Part shown: positions 27,789 to 37,886 of the stretch, piece after piece | Layout of the letters: each line of letters begins with the position of its first letter | Position numbering within the stretch: position 1 is the stretch's first letter | Source of the DNA: Candidatus Bathyarchaeota archaeon | GTDB lineage: Archaea > Thermoproteota > Bathyarchaeia > Bathyarchaeales > Bathycorpusculaceae | Assembly: GCA_963828195.1 (NCBI GenBank) | Contig: CAWHDT010000009.1 | Coordinates: forward strand, 32,001 to 96,000 | Length of the DNA stretch: 64,000 bases | Direction: 5' to 3' | Position numbers and translations under genes: made by a program | The notes under the pieces: generated by a model | The model's input: the letters and a program-made list of their open reading frames with translations, nothing else | The model's database searches: none | What the model was told of the DNA's origin: nothing

Positions 27789-30623
27789 CTATTGGAATGG
27801 TTTTATCATGCCTTTCTTTTCTTTGATTGCTGCTTGTGCCGCTGCCAACCGTGCCACTGGAACTCTATAAGGCGAGCAACTGACGTAATCGAGGTTTATT
27901 CTGTGGCAGAACTCAATTGATGATGGTTCACCGCCATGTTCGCCGCATATTCCAATTTTGAGGTCAGGCCTTGTTTTGCGTCCCCAATCAACGGCGATAG
28001 CCATCAACCTGCCAACACCTTTCACATCTAAAATTTCGAATGGGTTATCCTGCAAAATCTTATGCTCATTGTAGAAGGGCAAAAACTTGTTTTCGGCGTC
28101 CTCTCTTGAAAAACTAAATGTTGCCTGAGTCAAATCGTTTGTTCCGAAACTGAAAAACTCTGCCAACTCAGCTAGCCTTCCCGCCCTCATGCACGCGCGG
28201 ACCACTTCAATCATGGTGCCAACTGAGTATGGGATGGTTATGCCCAACCTATCTTTCACCCTTCGCTCGACCCTGCGGATTAAGCTGTAAACTCGTTTAA
28301 GTTCCTGGCTTGTGCAAACCTGCGGAATCATAATCTCCACCTTCACCGGAACCGTCTCTTTGATTAATTCGCCAGCGGCAAGCAAAATCGCTTCAACCTG
28401 CACCTCATAAATCTCAGGGTAAGTAATTCCAAGGCGTACACCGCGGTGACCAAGCATCGGGTTCACTTCTCTTAATGTACGGATTTTCTGCAGCGTATCC
28501 ATTTTTTTCTTTAATTCGGCGGATTGGACCTCTGCAAGATTCGAAAGCATGTGGTCGTCCTCAGCTAAAACCGATTGAAGTGAAGGGTCAATATCGCGGA
28601 GTACCTGAGGCAACCTGCACACGTTCCCCAATGCTTCCTGGCATTTCTGCAATGTTTCAATTTGTTTTTCAATCATTTCCTCCGAAGGCAAAAACTCATG
28701 CAAAGGAGGATCAAGCAAACGAATCGTAACGGGGAAACCCTGCATAACACGCAACATCTCTTTGAAATCATCCTTCTGCAGTGGCAAAAGAAGTCTCAGT
28801 GCAGCAAACCGTTCCTCAGGGTTATCTGCCAAAATCATATCCTGGAACAGTCCAATTCGGTCAGACGCGTTAAACATGCGTTCAGTACGGCAAAGACCAA
28901 TGCCTTGTGCCCCAAACCTTAGGGCTTTTTCAGCATCAAAAACTGTATCAGAATTGGTTCGAACCTCCAACCTGCGAAACTCATCTGCCCACTTCAAAAT
29001 AGTATTCATATGCTCGGAGATTTCTGGTTCAACCATGGGAACTTCACCAAGCCAAACATTCCCCGAAGTGCCATCGATAGTGACGACGGTTCCCTGCACA
29101 ATTCTGTTGCCTCCCACGTAAGCGACGTTTTCGACGTGGCTGATTTTGATTTCGCCTGCTCCAGAAACGCATGGTTTACCCATGCCTCTTGCTACAACTG
29201 CTGCGTGGCTGGTTTTGCCTCCGACTGAAGTTAGAATGCCTTGTGCCACAAAGAAGCCATGGATGTCTTCGGGTTTGGTTTGTTCTCTTAGCAAGATGAC
29301 TCTTTTTCCTGCTTTGGCTTGTTTCTCTGCTTCGTCTGCATCAAAAACTACTTCTCCCGACGCTGCACCAGGAGACGCTCCCAACCCAGTCGCAACTGGA
29401 ACAACGGTGTTGTTTGGGTCAATTTGACAATACATTAACTGTGTTAGCTGTGATGCATCCAGCCTAAGCAGCGCCTGTTCTTTGGTGATTAATTCTTCAT
29501 TCACCATATCCACTGAAGTTTTCATGTTTGCCGCAGCGTTCATTTTTGCGTTGCGGGTTTGAAGCATGTAGAGTTTGTCTTCTTCAATAGTGAACTCCAT
29601 GTCTTGCACTTCTTTGAAATGATGCTCCAGCGTCTCCCGTACTCTCATAAGTGCCACATACATTTTTGGCATGGTTTGCTTCATTTCTAAAATTGGCTTA
29701 GGCGTCCTGATTCCTGCAACTATGTCTTCGCCTTGGGCGTTGTCAAGGTAGTCTCCAAAAAGAACATTTTCGCCTGTGCCCGGATCGCGCGTAAAAGCAA
29801 CTCCAGTCGCAGAGTTAGCTCCCAGATTTCCGAAAACCATAGCTTGCACGTTGCATGCAGTGCCATTGGCTGTTTTAGAGCTTATTTTGAATTCTCGACG
29901 GTAATCCTGTGCTCTTTTGCCGTTCCAAGAAGCAAATACAGCTTCTATCGCCATAAAAAGCTGCTCATATGGGTCTTGCGGAATCGGTTTGCCAGTGTTC
30001 TCCAAGATTATGTGCTTGTAAATGTTAACTAGTTTCTGCATATCTTTTGCTGTAAGATCTGTGTCTTGGGTTACTTTTCGTTCTTCTTTTAGCGTCTCCA
30101 TTGCCAAGTGGAACTTTTCGTCACTGATGTTGAGAACGATGCTTCCGAAAAGCGACATAAAACGCCTATACGAATCCCAGCCGAAACGTTCATTCCCACT
30201 TCGTTTTATAAGCCCCTGAACTGTGGTGTCATTTATCCCCAGGTTCAATATAGTATCCATCATTCCAGGCATCGATATTGCAGCGCCGCTGCGAACTGAA
30301 AACAACAGCGGTTTCTCAGGGTTTCCAAAACTCAAACTCATGACGCGCTCAACCTCCGTCACTGCCTGCTTAACTTGGCTTTGGAGTTCTTTTGGAAGTT
30401 TGAAGCCGCCGTCAAAGTATTCGAGGCATGTTTGCGTCGTTATCACAAAGCCTGGGGGAACAGGCAAGCCTATCTGGGTCATTTCGCAGAGGCCCGCTCC
30501 TTTGCCGCCTAAAAATTTCTTGTCTTTTCCGTTTCCTTCTTGGAAAAGAAACACGTATTTGGTTGCGGTTTTAGCGTCAAAAGGGTGTGGTTGCGCATAG
30601 CTTTGGCTGATCTGTTCGTTCAA
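27789..30623 (-). CDS. ppdK: Pyruvate, phosphate dikinase
   Basis: LGGKGA, SVRSGA..SMPGMMDT, GGKTSHAAVVAR, GIGLCRTE, FSFGTNDLTQ, GICGEHGG. Confidence 0.96.
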   Translation of the reverse strand: MNEQISQSYAQPHPFDAKTATKYVFLFQEGNGKDKKFLGGKGAGLCEMTQIGLPVPPGFVITTQTCLEYFDGGFKLPKELQSQVKQAVTEVERVMSLSFGNPEKPLLFSVRSGAAISMPGMMDTILNLGINDTTVQGLIKRSGNERFGWDSYRRFMSLFGSIVLNISDEKFHLAMETLKEERKVTQDTDLTAKDMQKLVNIYKHIILENTGKPIPQDPYEQLFMAIEAVFASWNGKRAQDYRREFKISSKTANGTACNVQAMVFGNLGANSATGVAFTRDPGTGENVLFGDYLDNAQGEDIVAGIRTPKPILEMKQTMPKMYVALMRVRETLEHHFKEVQDMEFTIEEDKLYMLQTRNAKMNAAANMKTSVDMVNEELITKEQALLRLDASQLTQLMYCQIDPNNTVVPVATGLGASPGAASGEVVFDADEAEKQAKAGKRVILLREQTKPEDIHGFFVAQGILTSVGGKTSHAAVVARGMGKPCVSGAGEIKISHVENVAYVGGNRIVQGTVVTIDGTSGNVWLGEVPMVEPEISEHMNTILKWADEFRRLEVRTNSDTVFDAEKALRFGAQGIGLCRTERMFNASDRIGLFQDMILADNPEERFAALRLLLPLQKDDFKEMLRVMQGFPVTIRLLDPPLHEFLPSEEMIEKQIETLQKCQEALGNVCRLPQVLRDIDPSLQSVLAEDDHMLSNLAEVQSAELKKKMDTLQKIRTLREVNPMLGHRGVRLGITYPEIYEVQVEAILLAAGELIKETVPVKVEIMIPQVCTSQELKRVYSLIRRVERRVKDRLGITIPYSVGTMIEVVRACMRAGRLAELAEFFSFGTNDLTQATFSFSREDAENKFLPFYNEHKILQDNPFEILDVKGVGRLMAIAVDWGRKTRPDLKIGICGEHGGEPSSIEFCHRINLDYVSCSPYRVPVARLAAAQAAIKEKKGMIKPFQ

Positions 30624-30674
30624 TAGAAGTTCCTCACGATAGGATAGGCTACTTCGTATGGTGAAATAAAGATA

Positions 30675-30698
30675 TGTGACTGCAAAGCAAAGCCAACA
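30675..30698 (-). promoter_or_regulatory. 24-bp dyad regulon site heading ppdK
   Basis: TGTTGGCT-N8-CAGTCACA-tatct-TTATTT. Confidence 0.65.
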
Positions 30699-31038
30699 AC
30701 GGTTTCTAAAAATTAAGGGGGCGTAACTTGGTTTCTTTTCTAAAATTTTTTCTTGTGCACGCTAAGTGTTTTTTAGGCTTATTGTGTAGGTCAGAGCTAA
30801 AATTTTAATGTTGAAAGCTTTCATGCATGCGGGTGAGCGGATTTTCTGTTATTTGTACTTATCAACCTAACTTCTTATGCACTTAAACGCATATACTTAT
30901 AAGCATGTATGCACTTAGTATGCTTTGTGAACAAGCGAATCAAAGCAAAAGGACGCAAAGAAACACGAAAACCGAAATAAAGATCCATTCTCTCCAAGAA
31001 TACATTGAACTCAAAACAAACAAAAAAAGTGACTAAAA

Positions 31039-31182
31039 ATGGGCCGAATCAACGTTGACATCTCAAACGATCTAGAAAAACAGCTAAGAATAAAAACAGT
31101 GGAACGATTCGGCGGCAAAAAAGGCGACTTATCCCGCGCAGTGCAAGAAGCAGTAAAAACATGGATCAGCGAAAAGCAATAA
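31039..31182 (+). CDS. 47-aa ribbon-helix-helix (CopG-like) protein
   Basis: MGRINVDISNDLEKQLR..GGKKGDLSRAVQEAVKTWI; not in ORF track. Confidence 0.8.
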   Translation: MGRINVDISNDLEKQLRIKTVERFGGKKGDLSRAVQEAVKTWISEKQ

Positions 31183-31250
31183 CGCATCAAGTCGCCTCCT
31201 CTTCAAGCCCAATAACTATATTATAAAAGAATGCCTAGCCAAAAGGCGCA

Positions 31251-31325
31251 GGGAAGCCAGTTAGCCTCGAACACACCCAAACGCGCAGGTGTTATTATGG
31301 GCAATCTAGCTGGAAGCCCCTTTTT
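31251..31325 (+). ncRNA. Small hairpin RNA candidate
   Basis: TATA-like TATTATAA upstream; GGG-AAG-CCAGTTAG/CTAGCTGG-AAG-CCC stem; T5 after. Confidence 0.4.
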
Positions 31326-31429
31326 AGAATTGTTATCCAAACAAGTAACGCTTAACAGGCATAAGACAATGGCGAGAAAAGTTTAATCGCTCAGTAAACA
31401 AACAAGTATTAGATTAACAGGTGAAAAAT

Positions 31430-31582
31430 ATGGTTAATAAAAAGTTGGAACTTGTTTTCATCGACAAAGAAGGCAAATGGTACCCGCTAGACGAAGTTGA
31501 TCGAGAAGATTTGGCGGCTGGTTTAGAAAAAATTTCTAAAGAAGTTGCCAAAAGATTGCAGTTGCTGAAAGATCAAAGGTAG
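31430..31582 (+). CDS. 50-aa hypothetical protein
   Basis: AGGTGA RBS; MVNKKLELVFIDKEGKWYPLDEVDREDLAAGLEKISKEVAKRLQLLKDQR. Confidence 0.6.
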   Translation: MVNKKLELVFIDKEGKWYPLDEVDREDLAAGLEKISKEVAKRLQLLKDQR

Positions 31583-31669
31583 AGGTTTATTCGAAAAACC
31601 CAGTTTCTCAAAAGCTTTTGAAGCTTAAAATATAACTGGACACTAAAAGATAGTGGAGATTGTGTTTAC

Positions 31670-31978
31670 ATGGGCAGTTTTTCAGTGTCTTTACCCGCAA
31701 ATTGGGAAGAATATTTGAAGGCTCTAGCTGACGACCACGACGTTGACGTCAGTAAGGTCATTACCGGATTATGTGACTGGGCCTTTTCTGTTTCTGATAG
31801 CAAGCGGCAGTTCGAAGTTTGGCTCGATAAAGCTTATCCGCCGAAAGGCGAAGCTGAAGACAAAGCAATTGAAGAAGGAGAAGAAGCAAGCGAAGCTGAA
31901 GAAGAAAACGAAGACAAAGCTGAAGAGGAACTTCACGAGGACAGAAATTACAGTGAAGACAAAGAGCCAAAGTCTTGA
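31670..31978 (+). CDS. RHH-like protein with acidic tail
   Basis: FSVSLP..E.YL..LA..VSKVI pattern; Glu-rich C-terminus; GGAG RBS. Confidence 0.6.
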   Translation: MGSFSVSLPANWEEYLKALADDHDVDVSKVITGLCDWAFSVSDSKRQFEVWLDKAYPPKGEAEDKAIEEGEEASEAEEENEDKAEEELHEDRNYSEDKEPKS

Positions 31979-32049
31979 CTGCCTCTTTTTAAAAATAGGC
32001 ATTTTGGATAACTTTTTTCTAGAAAGAAATAGGGCCAGAGGTGAAAGAA

Positions 32050-32244
32050 ATGAGTAAAAAAGAGAACAATCCTATCCCCAAAGAACCAAATCAACCAACC
32101 AAACACGCACCAAAAGAAGCACAAAGATACACAGGAACAAACAAGAACGTACCTGAAACCCTAAATAAAACGGAAACTGGAATACGGCCTTCTCGCGGAA
32201 AAAAACAAAGACGCCAATTCAAACTTGCCCCAAACAGAGGATAA
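32050..32244 (+). CDS. Small hydrophilic hypothetical protein
   Basis: GAGGTGA RBS then ATG. Confidence 0.4.
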   Translation: MSKKENNPIPKEPNQPTKHAPKEAQRYTGTNKNVPETLNKTETGIRPSRGKKQRRQFKLAPNRG

Positions 32245-32373
32245 GACGGCTTGCTCTAAAGTCGAAACTAAGACTTAAGTTACCTTCGATCTGGAGATAC
32301 AAAAAAGTCTTAGTATTAACGCTGAAATAGTATATATAGCAACTTTGTCTTTTAGTCTGTAGGTTGAAAAGTT

Positions 32374-32598
32374 ATGCCGAAGTGTCCAAATTGTACTGCC
32401 CATGTGAAAGACCCTGATAAGGAATGGGACTTTGGTCGATTCCGCGTTAAAATGTATAAGTGTAATAAATGTGGAAATCAATTTAGAGAATTTTTCAAGG
32501 AAAATACGCTGCAATTTGTGTTAAGTGCACATAACGGTGGTTTAGGAAAAACCAGGGTAAACAAGGAAACGCTGGATAGGCATAAAAGCTATCAATAA
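32374..32598 (+). CDS. Small zinc-ribbon protein
   Basis: CPNC..KEW..VKMYKCNKCG..FREF. Confidence 0.7.
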   Translation: MPKCPNCTAHVKDPDKEWDFGRFRVKMYKCNKCGNQFREFFKENTLQFVLSAHNGGLGKTRVNKETLDRHKSYQ

Positions 32599-32673
32599 TT
32601 GTTTTTGATGCACTTTATCTAAAGGCGTTTTAACCAACTTGACATTTCCAACTCTGGAACGGCAGCATTGTGT

Positions 32674-33000
32674 TCATCGAATTCGTAAATCTTTTTTTCT
32701 TTCAATCAAGTCTGTAATTTCATCAAATTCATTTGTGTAGTCCTTATGTTCCTTAACTAATCTTTTGAGTCTATTTTGGTTAAAGTATCCTTCATAAAAT
32801 CCGAAGAACATTATTGCAAAGAGCATGTCTTTGGTTTTGTGATATTCCATGGTTGCTTTCCAATGCCTAAGCGTATGGAAGGTTATTTTCTATAGTCTTG
32901 GGTTCTTGCTTTTCGATACTGCGATTTTTCTGCTGTGCTCTAAGAGTATAGCTGTGATTTTTAGGCTTGTTCCACCGAAGACGTACTTTGATGTTTTTGG
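32674..33000 (-). pseudogene. Tyrosine recombinase (integrase) relic fused to a fragment paralogous to the 36636-37664 gene
   Basis: KNPRL*KITFHTLRHWKATMEYHKTKD (HxxR box, in-frame TAG at 32890) running into FAIMFFGFYEGYFNQNRLKRLVKEHKDY. Confidence 0.75.
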
Positions 33001-33083
33001 TAAATCTGTTAAGTGTTCTATGAAACGATACAAAATCTCTGTAGTTGGCGTTATTTCTAAAAATAATAAGTTCTGCACTATGT

Positions 33084-33107
33084 TGTAGGTGTTAACTCAC
33101 ATCGACA
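33084..33107 (+). promoter_or_regulatory. 24-bp dyad regulon site upstream of the glycosyltransferase
   Basis: TGTAGGTG-N8-CATCGACA-tagtt-ATTTAG. Confidence 0.5.
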
Positions 33108-33227
33108 TAGTTATTTAGGGCATGAATGGGAATACAGAGTTAAGGTTGAGCGGGTTGGAGTACAACCATTTTTTCCCGCATCACTTTTAATAAGAGTTGA
33201 ATTAAACGATTTAACTTTTTAAGAGGA

Positions 33228-33935
33228 TTGATCAAAGTGGAAAATGGAGAAGAAAACGAAAGACTTTCGACGCAAGTTATCATAGCTGCGTTAAACGAGG
33301 AAGAAGGAATCGGATTAACAATAGCTGAACTCCAAGACTATCTGGGTTCCGCTAGAATTTTGGTAGTTGACGGAAATAGTATTGACAGGACCGTAGAAGC
33401 CGCCAAGAACTTGGGCGCTGAAATCGCTTTTCAAGATGGCAGGGGCAAGGGAGACGCGTTAGCCAAAGCTGTTGAACTTATTGACGTTAAAACTGATTAT
33501 GTAATAATTACGGATGCCGACTTCACATACCCAGCAGAATTCATTCCCAAAATGATCCAAATATTGAAAGATGACCCATCCACTGGTATGGTTTGTGGCA
33601 ACAGATTTACTGAAAATTTAGATTCACGTGCCTTGCACAATGTGTTCTACGTTGGAAATCGGCTCATAGCTTTTACTCATAATTTTTTAAACGGAATTCA
33701 TTTATCCGATCCTTTGACTGGGTTACGAGTCGTGCGTGCTGAAATTCTTAGAAACTGGAAAGTTAAATCCAAAGGTTTTGACATCGAGGTGGAGCTTAAT
33801 CATCGAGTAGAGCGAGAAGGTTTTGGTATTATTGAAATCCCAATTAATTATAGAGAAAGATTGGGTGAGAAAAAATTGGGCGTTAGGCACGGCACTGAAA
33901 TTTTAAGACGCATAATGCTGGAAACGATTTACTAG
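33228..33935 (+). CDS. GT2 glycosyltransferase (Dpm1-like)
   Basis: IIAALNEE, VVDGNS.D.T, GKG.A, DAD.TYP, D.LTG.R, FDIEVE. Confidence 0.9.
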   Translation: MIKVENGEENERLSTQVIIAALNEEEGIGLTIAELQDYLGSARILVVDGNSIDRTVEAAKNLGAEIAFQDGRGKGDALAKAVELIDVKTDYVIITDADFTYPAEFIPKMIQILKDDPSTGMVCGNRFTENLDSRALHNVFYVGNRLIAFTHNFLNGIHLSDPLTGLRVVRAEILRNWKVKSKGFDIEVELNHRVEREGFGIIEIPINYRERLGEKKLGVRHGTEILRRIMLETIY

Positions 33936-34434
33936 GGCAAAATTCTTAACGCATAAATAAAGTCTTTTCAAGTGGACGAATTATTAAAAAGCTTCATGAA
34001 TAATTTTGAGCAAAAAGAACACTCCGGTCCGAAGCAGGGACACACAGATCATCAACAGGCATTCCTGCCGAAATCATGATGTCCCCCAAAATAGGATATT
34101 TTGGCGGCGTTGCGAGCATCGGCAAAATGTTGAACCTTTTCTTAAGACCCGACGCCTAAACTTGCGCTTATAACGTTAAAGTCATGGTGTAAAATCCGCA
34201 GTATTCTTCTTTCTCACCTGGTTTTCAACATTACTAATTTGAAAAGACAAAATTTTTAGTCGAGTAAAAACTCGTATTATGTCTATACCCAAAATTTGAA
34301 GGATATTGTCCAACTTGTTCGCTGGAAGTTATTTTTTTGAAATGTGTAATAAAAAAAATGTACAAACTGTGAAAAAAACTGTAACGATGTCAAATATTTA
34401 TACTAAATGACAGCTCTTATGCAATATTAGCGGT

Positions 34435-34635
34435 TTATGCTTTTTTTGGCTTTATTGCTATTTTAACATTTACCTCGACAGTATATTCGTTTTCTAGTTT
34501 TCCAACAGTAAAATGCCAATCTTTTACGTTCACATCCATATCTTTAAAATGACTAGTTAGGGCATCTTTATACTCGTTAACTGTTTGACCTATTTTCTGT
34601 AATCGCTCGGTAACGTCAATATGTTTCTCAGACAT
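34435..34635 (-). CDS. 66-aa hypothetical protein
   Basis: GGAGGTG RBS; dyad motif upstream. Confidence 0.75.
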   Translation of the reverse strand: MSEKHIDVTERLQKIGQTVNEYKDALTSHFKDMDVNVKDWHFTVGKLENEYTVEVNVKIAIKPKKA

Positions 34636-34698
34636 TCATATGCACCTCCCAAAACAGGATAGACATTATAGTAATTTCTCACACTGCTCATAAGGTTG

Positions 34699-34722
34699 TG
34701 TGAATGTGGCTTAACAGCTACT
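34699..34722 (-). promoter_or_regulatory. 24-bp dyad regulon site
   Basis: AGTAGCTG-N8-CATTCACA-caacc-TTATGA. Confidence 0.6.
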
Positions 34723-34749
34723 AAACCCTAATTCATGCATAACTCAAGT

Positions 34750-35097
34750 TTACTTCATGGCAGACGGTTTAGGAGATCTCAATTGATTTTTTATAATTAT
34801 GATAAGCGATAAAATAAGCAGCGTACCTGTAACGCCTGAAATAATACCCATAATGTCCCAAGCCTTCCATGCCGGCATGAAAGTGCTAAGATATTCTTGC
34901 TGCCCAATTAATAAGAAAAGAGAAGCTGACCCAATTAAAGAAGTTACCAAGACTAACAAAACACTACTGATTACTCCAATGATCAGAAGTTTTTGGAGTC
35001 GTTTCTTGAGAGCAGCCTCAGTTTCGTGCAGATAGGCTCTGAGAATGGACTTAATCTCATTAAAAATTGCATCGACGATTTCCCTTACGAGCGGCAA
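34750..35097 (-). CDS. Two-TM membrane protein (YqjE/holin-like architecture)
   Basis: Amphipathic N-terminal helix then two TMs. Confidence 0.6.
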   Translation of the reverse strand: MPLVREIVDAIFNEIKSILRAYLHETEAALKKRLQKLLIIGVISSVLLVLVTSLIGSASLFLLIGQQEYLSTFMPAWKAWDIMGIISGVTGTLLILSLIIIIKNQLRSPKPSAMK

Positions 35098-35200
35098 CTA
35101 ATAGTTACCCCCAAATCTAAATAGCAAGCTAATCACAATCCCATTTGCGCATTATTCAGAAGTAAAACTGAGCGGTGTATTGAGGGTACTTATGCTCTGA

Positions 35201-35629
35201 TTATGGTATTGATGATTTAGGAGCTGCAGAGACCGTGGATGTGTTAGGAGCGATTGAGTTGTTAGCATAACCGGTGGAAAACGGTGCCTGGAATTTGCCT
35301 ATGTTTTCTCTGATTATTCCATAGCCCTGTTCTGCTTCAGTGTTAGGCAAATCACCTAATGATAGTGGTTCTCCGCCGAGCCTAAGGGTACATTTGATAG
35401 TCAACCGCAGTATGCCCTTTTCCAATACAACGTTGGCTATGTCTCGGTAATTGTAATCAGTATAATCCTTCTTTAAACCAAGTGCGTGAGGATGACGAAG
35501 AAGCATACGTTCATTTGTAAAGACGACAGAGTCAATATTAATCTGAGGATGGTAAATTTTCTGTTTAATATACAACTCAACCTTCTCGTTTGGACCCAGT
35601 ATTTTCGATATATCATCAGGAGCATCCAT
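35201..35629 (-). CDS. Bacterial PH (bPH) domain protein, paralog 1
   Basis: LGPNEKV..SVVFTNERM..DYTDYNYRDI.NV.LEKGI; paralog at 39763. Confidence 0.8.
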   Translation of the reverse strand: MDAPDDISKILGPNEKVELYIKQKIYHPQINIDSVVFTNERMLLRHPHALGLKKDYTDYNYRDIANVVLEKGILRLTIKCTLRLGGEPLSLGDLPNTEAEQGYGIIRENIGKFQAPFSTGYANNSIAPNTSTVSAAPKSSIP

Positions 35630-35692
35630 AAACTTTAACCAACTTTCCACTGTTAATTGTAGAATTGTAACGAGTGAGGAGATAAATAGCTG

Positions 35693-35716
35693 TGTGACTG
35701 GGAGGTCACATCTACA
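35693..35716 (-). promoter_or_regulatory. 24-bp dyad regulon site
   Basis: TGTAGATG-N8-CAGTCACA-cagct-ATTTAT. Confidence 0.7.
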
Positions 35717-36286
35717 TCGCACCGAAACTCGACAAAATGCACCTTTTTAGCAATAAGATTTAGAAGTTAAAGCATTAGGTTTTCGAATAACTTTCTAAAG
35801 TATTCAATTGTAAACAACTGCTTAAACGCGTAAACCATTAAATCAAACGCTATATTATTTCCACCAATTGTCGTGGCAATTAAATATCTTACAATATAAT
35901 TTCTAACAAAATAACGGCATTGCAGGGTTTAGACCAAAATCAATTTCGCCATTTACAAAAAAAAATCGGATATTATCTTCTTCATCTGGCGATCTTAGTA
36001 TTCTAATCATTTTAATTTTGGAGACTTCAAAGATATTTTTCTCGCTTTTTGTTAGCCGATTTATTTTTCTTTAAAGCGAAACCTAAGAATCGTTTTGGGA
36101 ACTGATTTTTATTAGAGTAAGTTGGCTTTTTGGGAGATGAGTATGATTAGCGCGGAATTGAGAAGGTCATTAGTAATGTATGAAAGACTGATTCGATTTG
36201 TTTTCGGCTGATGAAGCTCTAAGCTGCTTGAGATAAAAGGTGCAATTCACTCAAAAACAACTGGGCTGTAAAAGTGAATTAAAGAA

Positions 36287-36391
36287 CATGCTTTGGCGGA
36301 TCTACACACGTTATCAAGAAGCGAACACTAAGAAGATTTCGAAAGGTACAAATTATTCGCATCTTGTTTAACGCTGATCCGCCGAAGCGTG
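36287..36391 (-). ncRNA. ~105-nt rod-like hairpin RNA candidate downstream of a regulon promoter
   Basis: 16-bp outer stem CATGCTTTGGCGGATC/GATCCGCCGAAGCGTG plus three inner helices; no credible ORF; strand assigned from the promoter. Confidence 0.5.
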
Positions 36392-36437
36392 TGATATTAC
36401 ACTTTCATTAATGCTTATCTTTTACAATAAATAACCT

Positions 36438-36461
36438 TGTGACTGGGGGTCTACAGTAACA
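36438..36461 (-). promoter_or_regulatory. 24-bp dyad regulon site (near-consensus)
   Basis: TGTTACTG-N8-CAGTCACA-aggtt-ATTTAT. Confidence 0.7.
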
Positions 36462-36635
36462 GTATTGATAATTTCTAGAAATTTCTTTCTAAACCAGGTT
36501 ACTCAATCGGTCAGATAACAAAAACAACCTATCATTCAAATGTTTATTTCACTCAGTAACAGTTCAACGCTAAACCGCTATCAAAAAAAAAAAATGAAAT
36601 TGACAATTCGACCCATCAATCTATATACTTTCTAA

Positions 36636-37664
36636 CTATTGGACCACTTTGCCTGCAATTGGAAGGGATCTAATTCGCAGATCCTTTTTCCTTTCAATCA
36701 GATCAGTAATTTCATCGAATTCGCTGGTGTAGTCTTTATGTTCCTTAACTAACCTTTTGAGTCTATTTTGGTTAAAGTAGCCTTCGTAAAATCCGAAGAA
36801 CATGATTGCAAAGAAACCATAAACAAGATAATTACCAAATGCTGCAGCTCCTTGCGATATAACTAAGAGTAAAATCGGAAAAAGTACACCAAGAGAACCA
36901 ATGTAAGCCGACATTGCCCCAATTAGAGCGCCCATGACATCAATCTTATTATCATTTATGCTCTTGGCAAGACCAGCTTTTCTTTCCCATAATGTTGATG
37001 TATCGCTGAAATCAACTGCACTGAACAAGCTATCAAAAGCTCCAACCGAAATATTGTTTGTTCGACTTTTGAAAGCGCTGTTCATTTTTAGGTGGTAAAA
37101 CTCGCGATGCTCCTGATATTCACGCTTAATGATTGTGGCATCTATATACGGCGTTCGTCTAACCATACGAAAAGCATACTTTACGTTTTCAACAAACTTT
37201 TTACCTACCAATTCTTGTTCAGCTTTTTTTGCAGCACGCGCCTCATTAAGAATATCTTGTCTTTCTTCTTCCTTCAGAGTTTGCTTCTCTTTAGCAGTCA
37301 TCATTTTGTGAGAAAATCGATGATCATTAGAACATTTGTAAATTATGGTAGAAACCGGCGGAGGTATGCTGTATTCTGAAATTTTTTCTGCACAATAAGG
37401 ACAAATATATCCAGAATCGTCCCAATCTGGAGCTTCATCTATCTTCTTACTATTATCTTTCTCCCACTTTTTTATCCAATGTCTTGTGTGTCCCCAACCG
37501 CCGCTCAAGCTAAGGTATAGAACTTTTGAATCTTGTATCGCTTGCATGATTTCTTCTTCTGTTCGGACTTGACTTTTTTCACATTTTAGTGTGAGTTCCG
37601 CAGGTTTTTCAGGGACGTCTAATGTTTTTTTCTCTTCAACTGTTAACTGCTTTATTTTACTCAT
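36636..37664 (-). CDS. Hypothetical protein with zinc ribbon and two C-terminal TMs
   Basis: CPYC..CSNDH; coiled region; hydrophobic C-terminal pair. Confidence 0.75.
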   Translation of the reverse strand: MSKIKQLTVEEKKTLDVPEKPAELTLKCEKSQVRTEEEIMQAIQDSKVLYLSLSGGWGHTRHWIKKWEKDNSKKIDEAPDWDDSGYICPYCAEKISEYSIPPPVSTIIYKCSNDHRFSHKMMTAKEKQTLKEEERQDILNEARAAKKAEQELVGKKFVENVKYAFRMVRRTPYIDATIIKREYQEHREFYHLKMNSAFKSRTNNISVGAFDSLFSAVDFSDTSTLWERKAGLAKSINDNKIDVMGALIGAMSAYIGSLGVLFPILLLVISQGAAAFGNYLVYGFFAIMFFGFYEGYFNQNRLKRLVKEHKDYTSEFDEITDLIERKKDLRIRSLPIAGKVVQ

Positions 37665-37886
37665 TTTTTTCCTCTACACTCCAACAAGGGCCAGGGATTC
37701 GACTTGTTTTGATTGTTTGTTTTTGCACAAAAATAGAGGGCTCATGACCAATAATTGCATCTTCGTGATTAATCATTCTGCAGATCAACAATTGAGACTG
37801 AGCCATTACACTTTTACCGGGATAATCTGTTAAATTAAGAAAATATGTTGTTGAAAAGTTCGGGGTCATAATTTCAACCTATAGAG

